Shown here one piece after another: positions 63,017 to 64,000 of a stretch of DNA of 64,000 nucleotides (position 1 is its first letter; each line of letters begins with the position of its first letter). Both the position numbers and the translations under genes were made by a program. The stretch is from Trichosphaerium sp. ATCC 40318. Taxonomy: Eukaryota; Protista; Tubulinea. Under the pieces are notes generated by a model that was not told the origin of the DNA, did not search any database, and saw only the letters and a program-made list of their open reading frames with translations. Location: contig JALMLS010000523.1 of assembly GCA_038496445.1 (NCBI GenBank), positions 49,110-113,109 of the forward strand. Reading direction: 5' to 3'.

Positions 63017-64000
63017 ATGAACACCCTCAGCGATCTAGAACGTACATTAGCTCCTTGGAATTATCTACCGGACTTCGACAAAATCAAAACGGCACGAAAC
63101 ACGCGACTGAAATTGCTCTACAAACAGAAGGACTTCAAAGCCGACACGGTTTCCGAAACCGACTTCATTTCCAGCCAAGCCACAGCCCCTCAGCTTCCCC
63201 GCAGCGGTATTCTGTTTTTCTCTGGTGCGCCACCTTCCAAGAACTCGCCTGGGATCCGCGAATGGTTAAACTCGATGAAACGGCACACCACTACTTATAG
63301 TTGGACCGACAAGCAGTTTGAAGGCGTTTTGCGTTCACATCTATCAGGTTTAGCCCTTCAGAAGACACGAAACCTCGCGTACAACAACAAAGCTAAGCAC
63401 CAGATCGCAGACCCTACCGCAGACGAACCGTTGGCTGAACGAACGATTTCTTCTGCTTCATACGAGCTAGTACACACCTTGGTATTAGCGTACGTCCCAG
63501 CAACGACCGAAACCGACACACGTGAGAAACTTCGTACGCTTGTTCACCGCGATACCGAAACTGTGGCAGATTTCTACAACAAGATCCAGAACCTATCCTA
63601 CGACGCCGGTTACGCTCCAGAAGACAAGTATCTTCTCGACAGATTTATCGCCTGTATTCACAAGAATTATTTTGCTCTCCTCGTCTCCCAGCAACCAAAG
63701 ACCATCACAAAGGCTTATTCACTGGCTCAAGCGATGGAAGCCTCTTTTCAAGCCCGCGAAACTTCCATGGCATCTTCCGCTCCTCCAGCTACATCTCCTT
63801 TGCCTTCTGTCAGTGCCATCTCCCCTCCTCCCTCCTCCCAGCCTCGACATGGCCATCTCACATGTTACTATTGCAAGAAACCAGGCCACATCAAACGCAA
63901 TTGCCCTATCAGACCGAAGAGACCAGCTAAATATGAACGACAGCAGTGGTCTCAACGTTTCAATCAAAGACGCCCTCGACACTTCGGTCCAAGACGCCCT
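63017..64000 (+). mobile_element. gag: LTR-retrotransposon (Ty3/gypsy-like) gag ORF, runs off the right edge
   Basis: Uninterrupted intronless ORF from ATG 63017 with higher GC; FSG..IREWL..W.D..HLSG capsid-like motifs; ETVADFYNKI; zinc knuckle CYYCKKPGHIKRNC. Confidence 0.85.

Noticed and set aside
2275-63982. Many short ORFs in the supplied track, including antisense ones (e.g. 16902-17351, 53591-53842, 63719-63982)
   Set aside because: They are shadows of real exons or exon-plus-intron read-through; several use non-ATG starts
1-64000. Alternative genetic code, stop readthrough or U12 introns
   Set aside because: The exons I checked translate with the standard code; apparent stops fall in GT-AG/GC-AG introns; no AT-AC or GTATCCTT donors were seen on coding strands

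Overview
Gene-dense, AT-rich, intron-rich eukaryotic DNA. Introns are mostly 40-100 nt with GTACGT/GTAAGT/GTATGT donors and CTAAC/CTGAC-like branch points. The gene content (talin, C2-domain formin, coactosin-like domain) suggests an amoebozoan-like protist, which is an inference. About 25 genes could be reconstructed by hand. Recognisable ones are talin, a PH-domain protein, an NHL-repeat protein, an aldo-keto reductase, a BTB protein, DDX10/Dbp4, an alpha/beta hydrolase, a C-type-lectin surface protein, NEDD8, RAD52, a formin and a sulfatase; a retrotransposon gag runs off the right edge. Most notable: (1) an apparent ABHD17-like hydrolase-SAM-pseudokinase-ADF-H(coactosin) fusion gene; (2) strong enrichment of the palindrome CACGTG inside introns, which also forms several GC-AG donors; (3) a tandem birth-and-death cluster of 8-Cys secreted peptides; (4) a 2.6-kb inverted duplication of a Cys-rich 3-TM orphan gene, with copies about 29 kb apart; (5) a degenerate E2-F-box fusion plus several F-box-MORN/LRR genes of a type common in giant viruses. 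All gene models are manual and unverified.
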